A stretch of DNA of 64,000 bases. It comes from Dictyostelium discoideum. Lineage: Eukaryota. The stretch covers positions 2,304,001 through 2,368,000 of the forward strand of contig CM000150.2 in assembly GCA_000004695.1 (NCBI GenBank). The letters are read 5' to 3'. Shown piece after piece: positions 13,700 to 34,353 of this stretch. The stretch's first letter is position 1; each line of letters begins with the position of its first letter. A model generated the notes under the pieces. It did no database searches, was not told the DNA's origin, and saw nothing but the letters and a program-made list of their open reading frames with translations. Both the position numbers and the translations under genes were made by a program.

Positions 13700-16600
13700 A
13701 ATAATAATAATAATCAAAATAACCAAGCAAGTAGTAATAATAATAATAATAATAATAATAATGTAAGTGGTAATACAATTAATAATAAAAGTGTACCAAA
13801 TGTTCATGATAAAACAAAGAATCAATTTTATCAAATTAAAACTAGATCAGTTGAGATGTTAAGAGCTCATCAAACTAGAGTTACAGAGAAATATCAAGCA
13901 TCATTACCATCAAATGGAAAAATAGCAGAAACAGAAGAGAATGAAAATGGAGATCATACATTTACAAGTGATGATGATGATGATGAAGGTGAAGATGAAG
14001 ATATTGGTGAAGGTTTTTCATTAGATCATAGTACATCAAGTGCACCAACATCAAGATCAAATTATAACAATATAAATGAACCAATGATTGATTTAAAGAG
14101 TAGTAAGAAACAAGATGATTCAAATATGGTTACAAAGATTCAATTCTCACAAATTTCAATATCAATTAAAAATCTGAATATCATTATAATGGATGATCTT
14201 AGTAAACATAAAATGAATACACCCATTTTCAATATGAAATTAAATTATGGATTTATGAAAGCAGTTTTAAAGACAACTAGAATTGAAGTTGAATTCGATT
14301 CAGTATTTCAAATGAACTATTTCAATAATAGAATTGCATATTGGGAACCATTCATTGAACCTTGGTTATTTAAATCAATGATGACATTGGGTAAAGAATT
14401 ATCAATCGATATATACAGTACAGATTTATTGAATATTAATTTCACAATACCATTAATGGATAATATAAGTCTTTTCCTTAGAACTTATAGTAAAGAATTT
14501 GGTTATCCTTTCAATTTAATTTGTGCACCATCCGATAGTAATAACACTGATAATAGTAGTAATAATGGAAAGAAATCTCATTCAAATCGTCATTCTCTAA
14601 TTGGACAAATTAAGAAAATTAAAGAAAAAAAGACAAAAACTTCTTATTCACCATTTTTCATTAGAAATAGAACTGGTTCACGTTTAAGATATAGATTGGA
14701 AACTCAAGACGGTAAACCGGTTGCAGGTGTAAATCATAAAATGGAAGGTTCAACAGTTCGTGTTGTAAATATTGAAAATTATGGACTATTTTTTGAATTG
14801 GATTCTGGTGATTGTTCACCAATTAAATTCTTACCTGATGTTCAAATTAATTTAGAAACATTTAGTCAATTGGTATTGGCAGTCGAGTTATTGGGTGTTG
14901 AAAAATCAATTTCAATTCCATTGGATAAAATTAAAATCTATGACTATCAAGTTTATTTGGATAGTTCAACCAGTACAAAACTTTATGCAAATATTGGTAT
15001 TAAAAATGGTACGAAATTAATCACAATTCAATTCCCTATAGTTTTAAAGAATTTAACATCATTCCCAATCGATATTGCAACGGTAACTAGTGGATTTGGT
15101 GATACTCAAATGCCAAACTATTCAACTACTATTAGAGTTGGTCAAGCAAGAGCACCATTACCAATCAATCGTATGAGAAATGTACAAATTAAATTTAAAC
15201 CATCAGGAGACCAATACAAGTGGAGTACTGAAGCATTGGATGTGAATAATGTTATTGAAGGTGAAGATAAATTCTCTTGTATTTTAAAGAATGGTGAAAA
15301 AATATACTACATCAAAGGTTACATTTTCAAAAAGAATCAATGTTTTATCATTAAACTTTGTCATATGTTAAAGGTTAAGAATCTATTACCTTATCCAATT
15401 CAATTCAAATTGAAATCTCCAATTGAAAATATACCACTATTAAAACGTGAAACTCAAGCAACCGTTCAAGATCAAGAGAAAACTGAAGTTTATGAAATTC
15501 CATTATTGGATAAATTTAAAATTCAAGTTAGAATCGCTGATAAAGATGGTACATTTGAAAAGAGTGAATGGAGTGAAATTCGTTCAATAGTTGAACGTGA
15601 AGATAATAATGAAATTGGTGTTATAACAATATCGGATTCAAATAATCTAATTGTTGATTATCTTCATTTAAATGTAGAATTTGAATCTTATAAAGGTGAA
15701 AAAAAGATAGTTTTCTATAATCAATATTGGATTTTTAACAAGAGTGGTTTGAATTTATACTGTAAGAAATCTTATCATTCAAAAGATTATTCAGAGAGTC
15801 AAACTCATTTTAATCATCCACTTCAACAATTAGATTCATCAAATACAAACACAACCATTAAACCATCGGATGCCATCATTGTAACACCTGATCAATGGTA
15901 TTCTCATCAATTAATAAAAGAATCACCATTGTTATTCTCTTTTAAGAAATTAAAAGATATGGAAAATTCAATAAGAATTAGAGTTGGTGATTCAAAATGG
16001 TCTCATAAGATATCAATCGCTGCAATTGGTGATCGTGGTACAATTGTAATTGATTCATCAGAGAAAAGACATTCACGTTCTTATCATTTAGGTTTATCAG
16101 TAGATTTAGCACCAAATTTAAAAACAAAAATAGTTGTTTTCACACCAAGATTTGTATTTCATAATCTTTTTCCATACACAATTTTAGTTCAACAATGTGG
16201 TGCAAACACTGATTCCACTACTATTAGAATTCCTCCATCATGTTCTGTACCATTTTATTATTTCATTAATAACACTGGTGAGTCTTCAAAACCAACATTG
16301 AAATTCAAAATTGATTATCAAGAATTTGATTGGTCTCCTCCATTTTCAATTCAAACATTTTCAGATTTTACATTTAATGTATTCAATAATAATAATAATG
16401 ATAATGTTGAAAATTATAAACAACCTGATATTCATTGTAATCCATATATTAGAATTAAAACCTGTTTAGAAGTTGCAACCATTTTAGTTATTATATCAGA
16501 ATTAAAAGAACCACCTTATAGAATATTAAATAATACAAAGTATCAACTTTCAATTCAACAGAAAAAAGTTGGTAAAGTTTTAACGGTTGAACCATCTTCA

Positions 16601-19600
16601 TCAATTCCTTATGTTTGGGATTTACCATTGGAAGATCATATTTTAGAGGTATTAGTACATATATCAACCAATCAAAGTGAAAAGGCATCTTATAAGATGG
16701 ATAAAATTAAAACTTTTAGACCAATGGAATTTAATGATGATCATAATCCTGTGGTTATTAAAGCGATTGTTGAAGCTGATGAATCAACTCGTGTATTAAC
16801 ACTCTCTGATAAGACATCATTTCAAATTAGTAAATATGAAGAAGAGAATTTACGTCAATCATTTAGAATTCATTTCACTGGTATCGGTATATCAGTTATT
16901 AATGCAAATCCAACAGAACTTCTTTACGTTTCAATTCATGATATCCTTTGTGAATATTTCATTAGTAGTTTTCTTCAAAAGTTAGAGATGAAAATTACAA
17001 ATATTCAAGTTGATAATCAATTATCAAAAGTTACACCCTATAGTCATCCAGTTTTATTATTTGCAGATAATCTATTACCAAATACACCATTCTTACAAGT
17101 TAGAATAGTAAGATCAATGAAAATGAAAAATATTGATTACTATCATCATGTCTCTTTGAAAATGCAAGAATTAAACATTAAAGTTGAAGAGAAATTCCTT
17201 TACGTATTATTGGATTTCTTTAATAGTTTAGATTTCTCATTTTGGACAGGTAATAAAAAGACAAATACTCTACATAATATGGATATGTTAACTCCAATGT
17301 ATAATGAAGATATTGGTGAAGGATTTATAGATGAAATGGTAGCTCGTGCTCTACCTTCAATCTATGGTAAGAAAATGTATTTCGAATCATTGGATATTGA
17401 ACCAATTAGTATGTTTTTAACATTTGATCTTTCAAATAAGTCTGGTTCAATCGCAAGTTTAGAACAAGCTCCAATGGTAAAAGCATTTAGAAGAATAGGT
17501 TTCGTTATTGTTAGTTTTCAACATGCTCATATATTTTTACATGGTTTCTCATTATCTCATGCATTTGGTTCGAATGAAGAATTGCTTGCACCAATTTTCA
17601 ATCATTACTTTAGTGAAGGTTTATCTGAAGTTTATAAAATATTGGGAGCATTTAATTTGTTTGGTAATCCAGTTGGTTTGGTTACAAACTTTGGAATTGG
17701 TTTTAAAGAATTTTTCGTTAGTATGGGTAAAGGTTTGGTAGGAAATAGTTTTACTGATTCATTTGGTCAAGGTTCAAAAAGTTTAGCAAAACATTCAGTC
17801 TATGGTATATTTGATTCGGGTGCAAAACTAACAGGTTCTGCTGGTAAAGTATTATCAACACTTTCAATGGATCAACGTTATATTCTAGAGAGACAATATA
17901 TCATTGGTGAATCACCAAATACATTTATGCAAGGTTTAATATTGGGTGGTAGAGCTGCAAAAACTGCTGTTTATCGTGGTTTCTCCGGTTTCGTAAAATT
18001 ACCTTATGAAGGTGGTAAAGAAGCAGGACCAAAAGGTGTTGTCAAAGGTATTGGTAAAGGAACTGCTGGTCTTGTGCTAAAACCAATTGCAGCTGGCTTT
18101 GATTTTGCTTCAAAAGTTTCAGAGGGTATTAAAAATTCAACTCAATTAAGTATAGAAAGAAAGAGAATTAGATTTCCACGTCCACTCTTTAGTGATTCAC
18201 CATTAGAAACATATGATTCAGCTGAAAGTTATGGTCACTTTTTATTCCTTACCTATATTATCACCGCTGGTAAACTTAGAAGAATCTCTGCTGATCAAAT
18301 TAATTTACCATTAATGGAAGTGGTTTCAAAGGATGAAAAATATGTTTCTCATTTAATCTATAAAAATAGAAAAACCCTTCTTTTTACCAATAAAAGAATT
18401 ATCTATCTCTATGATACCGATGGTTTTAGAACAAAATTCGATATAAAATATACAAGAATTCATGGTGTTTCTGAAAAATCAGATCATATCGATATAAAAA
18501 TAGATAAAAAACATAAACTATCATTCCTCTACAATGAAAAGAATAAAAAGATAGACTATAGAATCAAGTGTGTTGGTGAAGAGAAATCCTATATCTTTTA
18601 TAGAATAATAGAAATGATTAAAACTTATAAACCATTTGCTGATGAAGAGTTAACTGTCAATGGTTTAAAGGCTGACCCAACTACAATGATTCCAATTCCA
18701 CCACCACCCCCACCACCACTACAACAACAACTATTATATGGTTCAAATATTATTCAACAACAGCCACCAATTCAGTATTTCAATGATGGTAGTAGTAGTA
18801 GTAGTAATTTAACTGGTGGTAGAACAATTCAACCAATTATCTTTACAAATGATGCTGGTCCAATGAGAAATGATTTAAATCCAATACTTGAGAATTTATT
18901 AGCTCAACAACCAAATAAGAATATGGAGATTCCAATTTGGATTTCACAAGGTTTCAATCCACCAAAACCACCAGATACATTAATTCCACAAAGATTTAGA
19001 GACCCAAATTTAATTAATAATAATAACAACTACTATTATCCAAATGGTTCTGGTTATGTTTATTCCCAACCACCACTATATGATCAATATGGTAATCAAA
19101 TTCCACCTCCCCCACCACTTCCATCACATCCATTAGCTATTGATCGTCCAACTACAACTACAACAACAAATACAACCACAACACCCTATCAATCATCTCA
19201 AAATATTCACTCAACACCATACCCAACTGAAACTCCTCAATCTGTTGTATTAAAAGAAGATATTTCAAAAGCAATTCATACTCCATCTGCTAGCTCTTTA
19301 AAGAAATTAAAAACCCCTCATCATTACAATGTAAGATTTGAACCATCAAGTAGTTTAGGCCCTCAAGATTTTGATATTCATACAATTCGTTTACAAAATC
19401 AACAATATCAACACAGTGGAAGTGGAGCACCCCCACCCCCACCAATAATAACCACAACAACTAATTCAACCATTCCACCACCATCTTCTAATATAAATCA
19501 ACGTCAATTACAACATCAATTCTCTAGTAATTCGATAATAGAAACACCAAGATATAAAAGCATGGCTAGACAACAACAATTTCAACAACCACCACCTCCA

Positions 19601-19957
19601 CCTCCATTACCATCCAATAACAGATTATCATTAACACCAAGTGGTAGTGGCAATATAAATTATAGTGATAAATTTGAAGTGGCATTGAACACAATTATTC
19701 AAATTCAAAAAATTCAATCTCAACAAATGTCATCACTTCAAAAGAATCAAAGAGATTTACAAAAATTATTATTTCAACAACAATCAACCGAATTTGATAC
19801 ATTAAGAAATCAACAAGAACAAATTCAAAACATAATATCACAATATCATCCATTAAGCCCTTCAAAAGCTTCTTTAGTTTCAAAACTATCCAATGAACTT
19901 GAGTCAACAAATAGTAATGTTGTAATTTCACCTCCAACAGGTGGTGCTTCAAATTAA
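7232..19957 (+). CDS. VPS13-family bridge-like lipid-transfer protein (N-terminal Chorein_N domain), 4241 aa, single exon, with coding poly-Gln and poly-Asn tracts and a Pro/Gln-rich C-terminal tail
   Basis: One uninterrupted 12.7-kb ORF. The N-terminus MVSKILPGLLKKILGNYIEGLDTLSIPWWKGQIVLENLKFKKELF...PIVVNIDGVFLLFGPKD matches the VPS13 chorein-N consensus (LL.r.LG.Yve.ld..qL....w.G.v.L.NL.lkk..l), and both length and organisation fit VPS13 rather than ATG2. Coding (AAT)n lies at 10880-10990 and (CAA)n at 13621-13700. Which Dictyostelium vps13 paralog this is cannot be decided from the sequence alone. Confidence 0.88.
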
Positions 19958-20196
19958 AAATATAAATAAATAATTAAACAATTAAACAATTAAACAATTA
20001 AATTAACAAAAAAAAAAACAAATAAAATAAATATAAATATAAAAACAAATATTATTACATTGTTTTTATTATTTAAATAAAAATTAATTTGACCTTTAAG
20101 AGTTTATATATTTATAATAAATAAATAATTAAAAAAATAAAAAAAATAAATATTATAATTATTTATATATAAAAAAATATTAATACATTGTTTTTA

Positions 20197-26890
<6,694 letters not shown>

Positions 26891-26902
26891 CTTTTATTAT
26901 TA

Positions 26903-26935
<33 letters not shown>

Positions 26936-27039
26936 AAAAAAAAAGGTATGTATATGTAATATTACAAAACTAATAAATAAATAAAATACAAATACACACT
27001 ATAGTGTGTAATAAAAAAGAAATATTTATTGTGGTTTTT

Positions 27040-27081
<42 letters not shown>

Positions 27082-27467
27082 GGTGCAGGTTATACCACAA
27101 AAAATTATTATATGACTGTGGTTTGTAAATAAATAGAAAAAAAATAAAATAAAATAAAAAAATTAAAAAAATGAATTGATCAATTTAGAGTGGGTGTTTT
27201 TTTTTTTTTTTTTTATTTGTGTGTGTTTTTATATGTTATTGAAACAAAAAAAAAAAAAAAAAAATAAAAGAAAATTTTTTTTTTTTTTATTTTGATTATT
27301 ATTTTTTTTATACAATGATTATTTGAAAATAACTTTTTAAAATTATTTAATATATAAACAATGGTGATGGACAGACACACTAAAATTACAGATTTATATT
27401 AGGGAGCAAAGAGTTTTTTTCTTTTTTTTTTTTTTTTATTTTTTTAAAAAAAAAAAAATTAAAAAAA

Positions 27468-27498
<31 letters not shown>

Positions 27499-27720
27499 AT
27501 TTTTTTTTTTTTGTCTAATCGAGATTTCAAATAATTAGTGTGCATGAGAAAAAAAAACGACGGGTGAAAGTCAAAAATGATTTTTGATTGTAATGTATTA
27601 TAACATTTTTTCGTTATAACTGTATTTTTTTTTATTTTTTTATTTCTTCTTAACTGACATAAAATAAATAAAATAAAATAAATAATATAAAAAAAAAAAT
27701 ATATAATAATAAAAAAAAAA

Positions 27721-27820
<100 letters not shown>

Positions 27821-27886
27821 CAGGAAAGGGTTTTTTTTTTTTTTTTTTTATTTTTGGATTTATTTAAATGGAAATAATAATAAAAA

Positions 27887-28531
27887 TTAAAAAGAGGATG
27901 ATGGACAAGCTTTAATTTCACTGCAAGCTTTTTCAGGTTTTTGATTGTATGATAAGTAATTTACCAATTGGGGTACATATTGATTTACATAAACTACGCA
28001 TTCACCAGCATAACCACCACCAAATTTATTACAATCTTGATCTAAGAAATATTCAATTTCAGATTGTGTTGCATTAACTTCAATATAACTCTCAACCTTT
28101 TGGACAATGAACTCACAAATTAAACATCCTACTGATGGGAGATCTGATGATGATGATGATGATGATGATGAAGAAGTTTCTTGGATGGTATCAAAGTTTG
28201 ATGATGAAGATGAAGATTGTGAACATAATCCAAGTTGATCGCAAATTATTGTTGGGGTTTCATTATTTTCAAAGGATTTAATAATTGAATCAATATTATT
28301 TTCAATTAAATTATTACATATGGTTTGATAGTTTGATGGAATGTAATTACATAGTTTCATTAATTCTTCACTAATATTAGTTTCAACATTACTATTTGCC
28401 AATTTATCTTCTAAAAATGTGGTTACCATTTCACAAATTTCGCAACCCACTTGGTTGTTGGCTTTAACAAATAAATTACTGGAAAATAATATTGTAATAT
28501 TTAATAAAATTAATAATATAAATAATTTCAT
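27887..28531 (-). CDS. Secreted saposin-like protein with two saposin-B-type domains (amoebapore/saposin family), 214 aa
   Basis: Signal peptide MKLFILLILLNITILFSSNLFVKA. Two units show the saposin Cys pattern (CEICEMVTTFLEDKL...LCNYIP...CNNLIENNIDSIIKSF...ICDQLGLC and CLICEFIVQKVESYI...DCNKFGG...CVVYVNQYVPQLVNYL...ACSEIKAC), separated by a Ser-rich linker. Confidence 0.75.
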   Translation of the reverse strand: MKLFILLILLNITILFSSNLFVKANNQVGCEICEMVTTFLEDKLANSNVETNISEELMKLCNYIPSNYQTICNNLIENNIDSIIKSFENNETPTIICDQLGLCSQSSSSSSNFDTIQETSSSSSSSSSSDLPSVGCLICEFIVQKVESYIEVNATQSEIEYFLDQDCNKFGGGYAGECVVYVNQYVPQLVNYLSYNQKPEKACSEIKACPSSSF

Positions 28532-28712
28532 TTTTAAATAAAATAAATAATTAAAACAAGTAATAAAATAAAATAAAATAAAATAAAATTAAAAAAAAAA
28601 AAAAAAAGGATTTTTTTTAAAAAAAAAAAAATAAAAAAAAAAAATAAAAATTAAAAAATATCTTTTTTTTATTTTTTTATTTTGGACAAACCATAAAAAA
28701 AATAAAATTTAA

Positions 28713-28743
<31 letters not shown>

Positions 28744-29198
28744 AATCATTATTAAATACAGAGCCAGAAGTATTTAAAACAATATTATTTTTTATTTTCC
28801 TACAAAAAATTATAGGATTGCATAAAAAAAAAATAAAAAAATAAAAAAAAATCAAATTTGAAATTTGAACTTTTCAATTTTAATTATTACCATTTTCAAA
28901 ATATATAAAAAAATTTAATCATCCCCTGAAATGGATTTGTTTTTATATTATTTTTATTTATTTTTTTTTAATTTTTTTTTAAATTTTTTAATTCAAATTC
29001 CCTCAAAAAGCAACCCTTTTCTTTTTTTTTTTATTTTTTTTTTTAAAAATTTTTATTTTTTTTTTTTTTTTTTTATTTTTTTATTTTTTTTATTTTTTTT
29101 ATTTTTTCTCAGAGTTAATTTAACCAATTTTAATAAATAATACCAAATAAATAAATAATAAATTGTAATAAAGTAATAATAATAATAAAAAAAAAAAA

Positions 29199-31088
29199 AT
29201 GGAAAGATTTTTAATGCAATCATCTTTATCAACGTCATCATTAATATATCCACATGGTAGTTATGATAGTTCATGTAATTATTGTGATGCTGGAGAAGAT
29301 AAAAAAGGTAGAATTTGTTATGGTATGGTTGCAGATCAATTAACTTGTGAAGATTATCAACTGTTAATTGATCAGGGTTGGCGCAGATCAGGTACATTTT
29401 TATATAAACCTAATAACTCTGATAAAAAGACTTGTTGTCCACAATACACAATTAGATTAGACACTTCATCATTTAAACCTTCAAAAGATAATAAATCAAC
29501 AATTAAAAAATTTAATAATTATATTTTAAATAATATTATTAAAGAAAAAGATTCATCAACTACTTCCACAACTAAAGATATCATTAATACTACACAAATT
29601 AAATCAAACACTAAAAATAATAATAATAAAACCAACGATGAAAATATAATTAAATTAAATAATGATATTATTGAAATAATTTTAAATAATGAATTTATTA
29701 ATAAATTTAATGAACAAGATAAAAAGATTTTAAAAGAGAATTTAAAGATTAAAATCAACTCTAATAAAATGATAAAAGAAACTGGTAGTTATTCATTATC
29801 ATTTGGTATCTTTAATAAATATAGATCAGAATTGAATCAACACTCAATTACAATTGATCAAATTATTAATTTCACAATTTTAGAATTTAATAAAACTATA
29901 AACAATAGTGATTATCAATTTAATTTAGAGAAAGGTCAAAATAATCATATCAATTTTAAAATGATTAATTCATCACAAATTCTTAATGATTCTACAAAAA
30001 CAAAAACATTAAATATTCAAAATAATAGTAATAAAAATTCAACAACAACAGCAACAACAGCAACAACAACAACAACAACAACAAATGAACCAAAACATAA
30101 ATTTGAAATTTCAATTCATAAACCAAAATGTACAGATGAAGTATTCTCTTTATATTGTAAATATCAAAAAATAATTCATAAAGAAGATGATGAAAAAACT
30201 AAATCAGGTTTTAAAAGATTTCTTGTTGACTCACCTTTAATACCAATCATTCATCCTGATGAATCTTATGACGACTATGTTTATGATGGTAAAGATGATG
30301 ATGATGATGATGATGATAAAGATGAAAAAGAAGATGATGAAGATGAAGATCAAGAAGATGATGAGGATGAAGATGATGGAAATAATGAGGATGAAAAAAA
30401 AATAACAAAAGAAAATAAAGAAAAAGAAATTAAAAATCATATTTATAAAATTGGGAAAAAATCAAAAACATTAAAAACTAGAAAATTTGGTGAAATTAAA
30501 ACACCAAAACCAGGTTATGGTAGTTTTCATCAATACTATAGATTGGATGGTAAACTTGTTGGTGTAGGTGTAATTGATATTTTACCAGAATGTTTATCAA
30601 GTGTATACTTTTTTTATGATCCAGACTTTAACTTTTTGTCACTTGGTAAATATTCAGCATTGAATGAAATTGAATGGGTTCAAAAAGTTAGTCAATCAAT
30701 ACCACAATTGAAATATTATTATATGGGTTATTATATTCATAGTTGTCAAAAAATGAAATATAAAGCAAACTATCAACCATCTCAATTACTTTGTTTAGAA
30801 ACTTTTAAATGGGTTGAATTTAAAAAAGCAATATCTTTTTTACAACCAGATAAAAAATATTCAAGATTTTATTTTGATGAAAATGAAAATAATAATAATG
30901 AAAAATTAACTTATTTTGAAAAGGAACCAGAATTATTAGAACGAGTTAAATTTAGACAAAAGAATTTCACCTTTCACTTTTCTGATGTTAGTGTTAGATT
31001 TCAAAATTTATTAAAGGACCAAGTGATTGATTATATAAATCATGTAGGTCCTGAATTAACAAAAGAATTAATTTTCTATTTTAAATAA
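29199..31088 (+). CDS. ate1: Arginyl-tRNA--protein transferase (ATE1; ATE_N and ATE_C domains) with an internal poly-Asp/Glu insertion, 629 aa
   Basis: N-terminus CNYCDAGEDKKGRICYGMVADQLTCEDYQLLIDQGWRRSGTFLYKPNNSDKKTCCPQYTIRLD matches the ATE_N consensus (CGYC...Y..L.d.GWRRSG..lYkP....tCCP.YtIRl), and C-terminal YYMGYYIHSCQKMKYKANYQPSQLLC matches ATE_C. The acidic tract lies at about 30290-30400. Single exon. Confidence 0.9.
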   Translation: MERFLMQSSLSTSSLIYPHGSYDSSCNYCDAGEDKKGRICYGMVADQLTCEDYQLLIDQGWRRSGTFLYKPNNSDKKTCCPQYTIRLDTSSFKPSKDNKSTIKKFNNYILNNIIKEKDSSTTSTTKDIINTTQIKSNTKNNNNKTNDENIIKLNNDIIEIILNNEFINKFNEQDKKILKENLKIKINSNKMIKETGSYSLSFGIFNKYRSELNQHSITIDQIINFTILEFNKTINNSDYQFNLEKGQNNHINFKMINSSQILNDSTKTKTLNIQNNSNKNSTTTATTATTTTTTTNEPKHKFEISIHKPKCTDEVFSLYCKYQKIIHKEDDEKTKSGFKRFLVDSPLIPIIHPDESYDDYVYDGKDDDDDDDDKDEKEDDEDEDQEDDEDEDDGNNEDEKKITKENKEKEIKNHIYKIGKKSKTLKTRKFGEIKTPKPGYGSFHQYYRLDGKLVGVGVIDILPECLSSVYFFYDPDFNFLSLGKYSALNEIEWVQKVSQSIPQLKYYYMGYYIHSCQKMKYKANYQPSQLLCLETFKWVEFKKAISFLQPDKKYSRFYFDENENNNNEKLTYFEKEPELLERVKFRQKNFTFHFSDVSVRFQNLLKDQVIDYINHVGPELTKELIFYFK

Positions 31089-32356
31089 TAATAAATAGCA
31101 ATAAAATAAAGTCTCAATAATAAAGGGTGTGACGAATTTTGGATGTATTGGAAAAAATTCAAAAAAAAAAAAAAAAAAATATCTTTTTGTGAGTTGATTT
31201 TATTTTATTTTTATTTTTTTTTTTTTTTTTTTTTGTTTTTTCAAGACCAACTGTCAAGGGGTGTGAAAACATTATAAATTGAATATTTGACGGAAAAAAA
31301 AAAATTATAATTATTTAAAAAAAAAAGATAAATTTCCCAAACATAATAACATTAACAGTAATTGTTCAATTGAAATAATCCAAATTCCACCAAATCATAT
31401 AAAATTCTCAAACTCCAACCAATAGTAATTTTTTTTTTAAAAAAAAAAAAAAAAAAAAAAAGAGGTAGTTAAATTCCCAAAGTATATTTTGAATTTTCTT
31501 AATTAAATTTAATTCAAAGCTGAAAAAAGTTTCATTTTTTATTTTGAAATTTTGGGTTCTGTTTAAAAAAAAAAAAAAATCAAAAAAAAAAAAAAAAAAA
31601 AAATCCTTTTCATACCTATTTTTTTTTTTTTTATTTATTTTTAAATGTTTTTTTTTTTTTCCAATTTTCTGATTAATTCTAATAATAATAGTATAAAGTT
31701 GAATCTTTTTGTGTGACCTCTTTTTGTGAAAGTTTAATTTTGAATTTTTTTTTTTTTTTTTTTTTTTTTCTTGATTTTTTAACTGTAATCATATGACAGG
31801 TTTTTTTTTATTTTTTTTTTCTGATTTTTTTTTTAAAAAAATTTTGGAAATTATATACGATTAACTAACTATTTTTATTTTATCACCACTTTTGATTTTT
31901 TTTTTTTTTTTTTTTTTATTTTTTATTACTATTATTATTATTATTATTATTTTATTTTTATTTATTTATTTTTTTAATTATTTTATTTTTATTTTATTTT
32001 ATTTTATTTTATTTTATTTTATTTTTATTTTTTTTTTTTTACTATAATCACTTCAATGAATCTTTTTATGATAATTATTTAAATTTTTTTTTTTTGATTT
32101 GAAATTTTATCAATTTTCAAAAAAACCGAAAAAATATCTTGAATTTTAAAATTAAATATCAAAAAACGTTGTTGAGAGATATTTTTAAAGTTTCTATGAA
32201 TTAGAAAATATTTTTAGGTTTTTTATTAAATTATTTTTTTTAATTTTTTTTTTTTTAATTTTTTTTTTTCTATTTATAATTAATTTTCAATTAATTTTTT
32301 TTTTTTTTTTTCATTTTATTATCAAATAAAACAAATTATATATTATAACTTTGAAA

Positions 32357-33109
32357 ATGTTATTTTCCAAAATTTTATTGGCCTTAGCCTTAATTATCTC
32401 AGTCGTTTATGTTAACGCAGTTCCAGACATTTGCGTACTCTCTTCTGATTGCTCAAACACTCAATATTGTTCAGGAGGTTATTGTGTTTCATGTAGATCT
32501 AAAAACGATTGTGGATTAAGTAAGTAATTAATTAATATATAAAAAAAAAAAAAAAAGAAATATAATTTAAAAAAAAAAAAAAAAAAAACCCTCCAAAATT
32601 AAAATATCAATCTCTAATTTTTTTTTTTTTTTTTTTATTATTTTTTTATTTTTTTTATTTTCTTAGACGAGTTCTGTTCATCAAATATTTTCGATCTCAA
32701 TGAATTTGGTTCCTGTAAAAAATTCGATAAGGATGGTGATGATTGTATTGCTTACAACAACGTCGAAGCTTCTAATCTTTTAACCTCAAATTCAACCAAA
32801 TGTGCATACATGTATTTCAACTATGCTTATGCCAATTACCCAGCTGGTCAATTAAATGTTGACTATCAAGGTACTTGTGTCAATGGTAAATGTAGAATTT
32901 GTAATTATGCTAACGGTGGTTCCTACACTGCTGAAGGTAAAGGTGCCCCAAGAACTTGTGTATTCCCAGGTAAATTCGCAACTGTCCACTCTTCAAGCTG
33001 GTCTGCTGGTAGATACTATGAAGAACCAATCCAAGTTTGGTTAGCAATTTTCTTCTGTTTAATTGTTTTAATTTTAGCTTTCCACGTCATGGGTTTCTTA
33101 AAGAAATAA
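32357..33109 (+). CDS. Cys-rich secreted/membrane protein with signal peptide and C-terminal TM helix; 2 exons join(32357..32519,32667..33109), 201 aa
   Basis: Exon 1 MLFSKILLALALIISVVYVNAVPDICVLSSDCSNTQYCSGGYCVSCRSKNDCGL plus A. Donor GTAAGT at 32520 and acceptor tcttag at 32665-32666, phase 1. Exon 2 encodes (N)EFCSSNIF...CVNGKCRICNYANGG...WLAIFFCLIVLILAFHVMGFLKK*. No family recognised. Confidence 0.65.
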
Positions 33110-33164
33110 TAAATATCGATTTGTAAAATAGTATTTCTTTTTTTTGTAATTAATACTATATAAA

Positions 33165-33197
<33 letters not shown>

Positions 33198-33235
33198 TAT
33201 GTATACTTTAAAAAAAAAAAAGATTTATTATTTAT

Positions 33236-34318
33236 TTATTTTTTTATTCTTTTAAACAATTTTTTAAAATTAAAATTTCTATCACCAATAGGTGTTGATA
33301 TTACAATCAAAGAGAATGTTCCTATTATATATGAAATGATTATAATTAATGATTTCCAAATATGTTGATGCGAGAATGGTAAATCTTTAATCATTATACC
33401 ACGTAATGCTAAACCACTCCATTTTGTTGGAACCAAATTTGATATCCATCCAAAAGTTATAATTGCTTCAGTTGGCCAAATGATACCAGCCATACAAAGA
33501 GAACAAATGAAAATTGCTAAACATAATTGAACTGCATCCACCTCAGCTTTACTAATAAGGCTGATTAATATACCTTGACACATACCAACTGTATTAATTA
33601 AAATAAAGAAAAGATATATTAAAACTATATTTCCTTTTATTGGAACACCAAATGCAAAAACTGCAATTAACAATTGAATTGAAAATTGAACTAATAATAT
33701 TGGAATATGAGCTAAAATGTGACCCAACACGTTTGAAACTGGTGAAACACCATATAATAAAATTCTATCTCTAGTTCCATCATTCTTTTCCCTTACAAAT
33801 GTTATTGATAAGAAATTCATACAATGAACATATGTAATAATACAAATCATTGCTGGTGCTAAAAACCAATTGAAGTTTGCATTTTGGTCACCATAAACTG
33901 CATGAAAATTAGTTGGTAATAATTTTATTCCAGAGTCATTAGCTATTTTATTAAATGCTTTTTGAAATTGAACATCAACCATTAAATTCATTTGAAAATT
34001 TGACAAATCCATATAAATTTCCATCTCTGAATTTTCAAATGATTTTTCTAATGGGTTAAATAATTTGTTAATCATACCATTAGTAAAATTAACAGGAATA
34101 TCTATTAAACCCCACAGATCACTAGATTCTATCATTTGAATTGCATTTGAAGTATCATTTATTTGAATAAAATTGAAAATATTATTTCCATCTGATAAAG
34201 CATTTATAAAATCACCTGATAAACTGCCACTATCTATATTTTTAATACCAAATTTTAAATCATGTGGTACATTACCTATTGCTAAGAAAAATAATGTTAT
34301 TAAAAGTGAAGGTGACTA

Positions 34319-34353
<35 letters not shown>

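Noticed and set aside
13616-13834. Minus-strand homopolymer ORFs antisense to coding repeats: poly-Leu 13616..13834, poly-Tyr 10830..11027, poly-Leu 51251..51520, poly-Val 44033..44215, poly-Gln 37643..37957 and poly-Val 37738..37953
   Set aside because: They are the reverse-complement reading of (CAA)n and (AAT)n tracts inside well-supported sense-strand genes.
28931-29397. ORFs 28931..29140(+) and 29053..29397(-), Phe/Tyr/Lys-rich
   Set aside because: They are low-complexity translations of poly-T/poly-A promoter DNA between the saposin-like and ate1 genes. The second overlaps the ate1 start in antisense.
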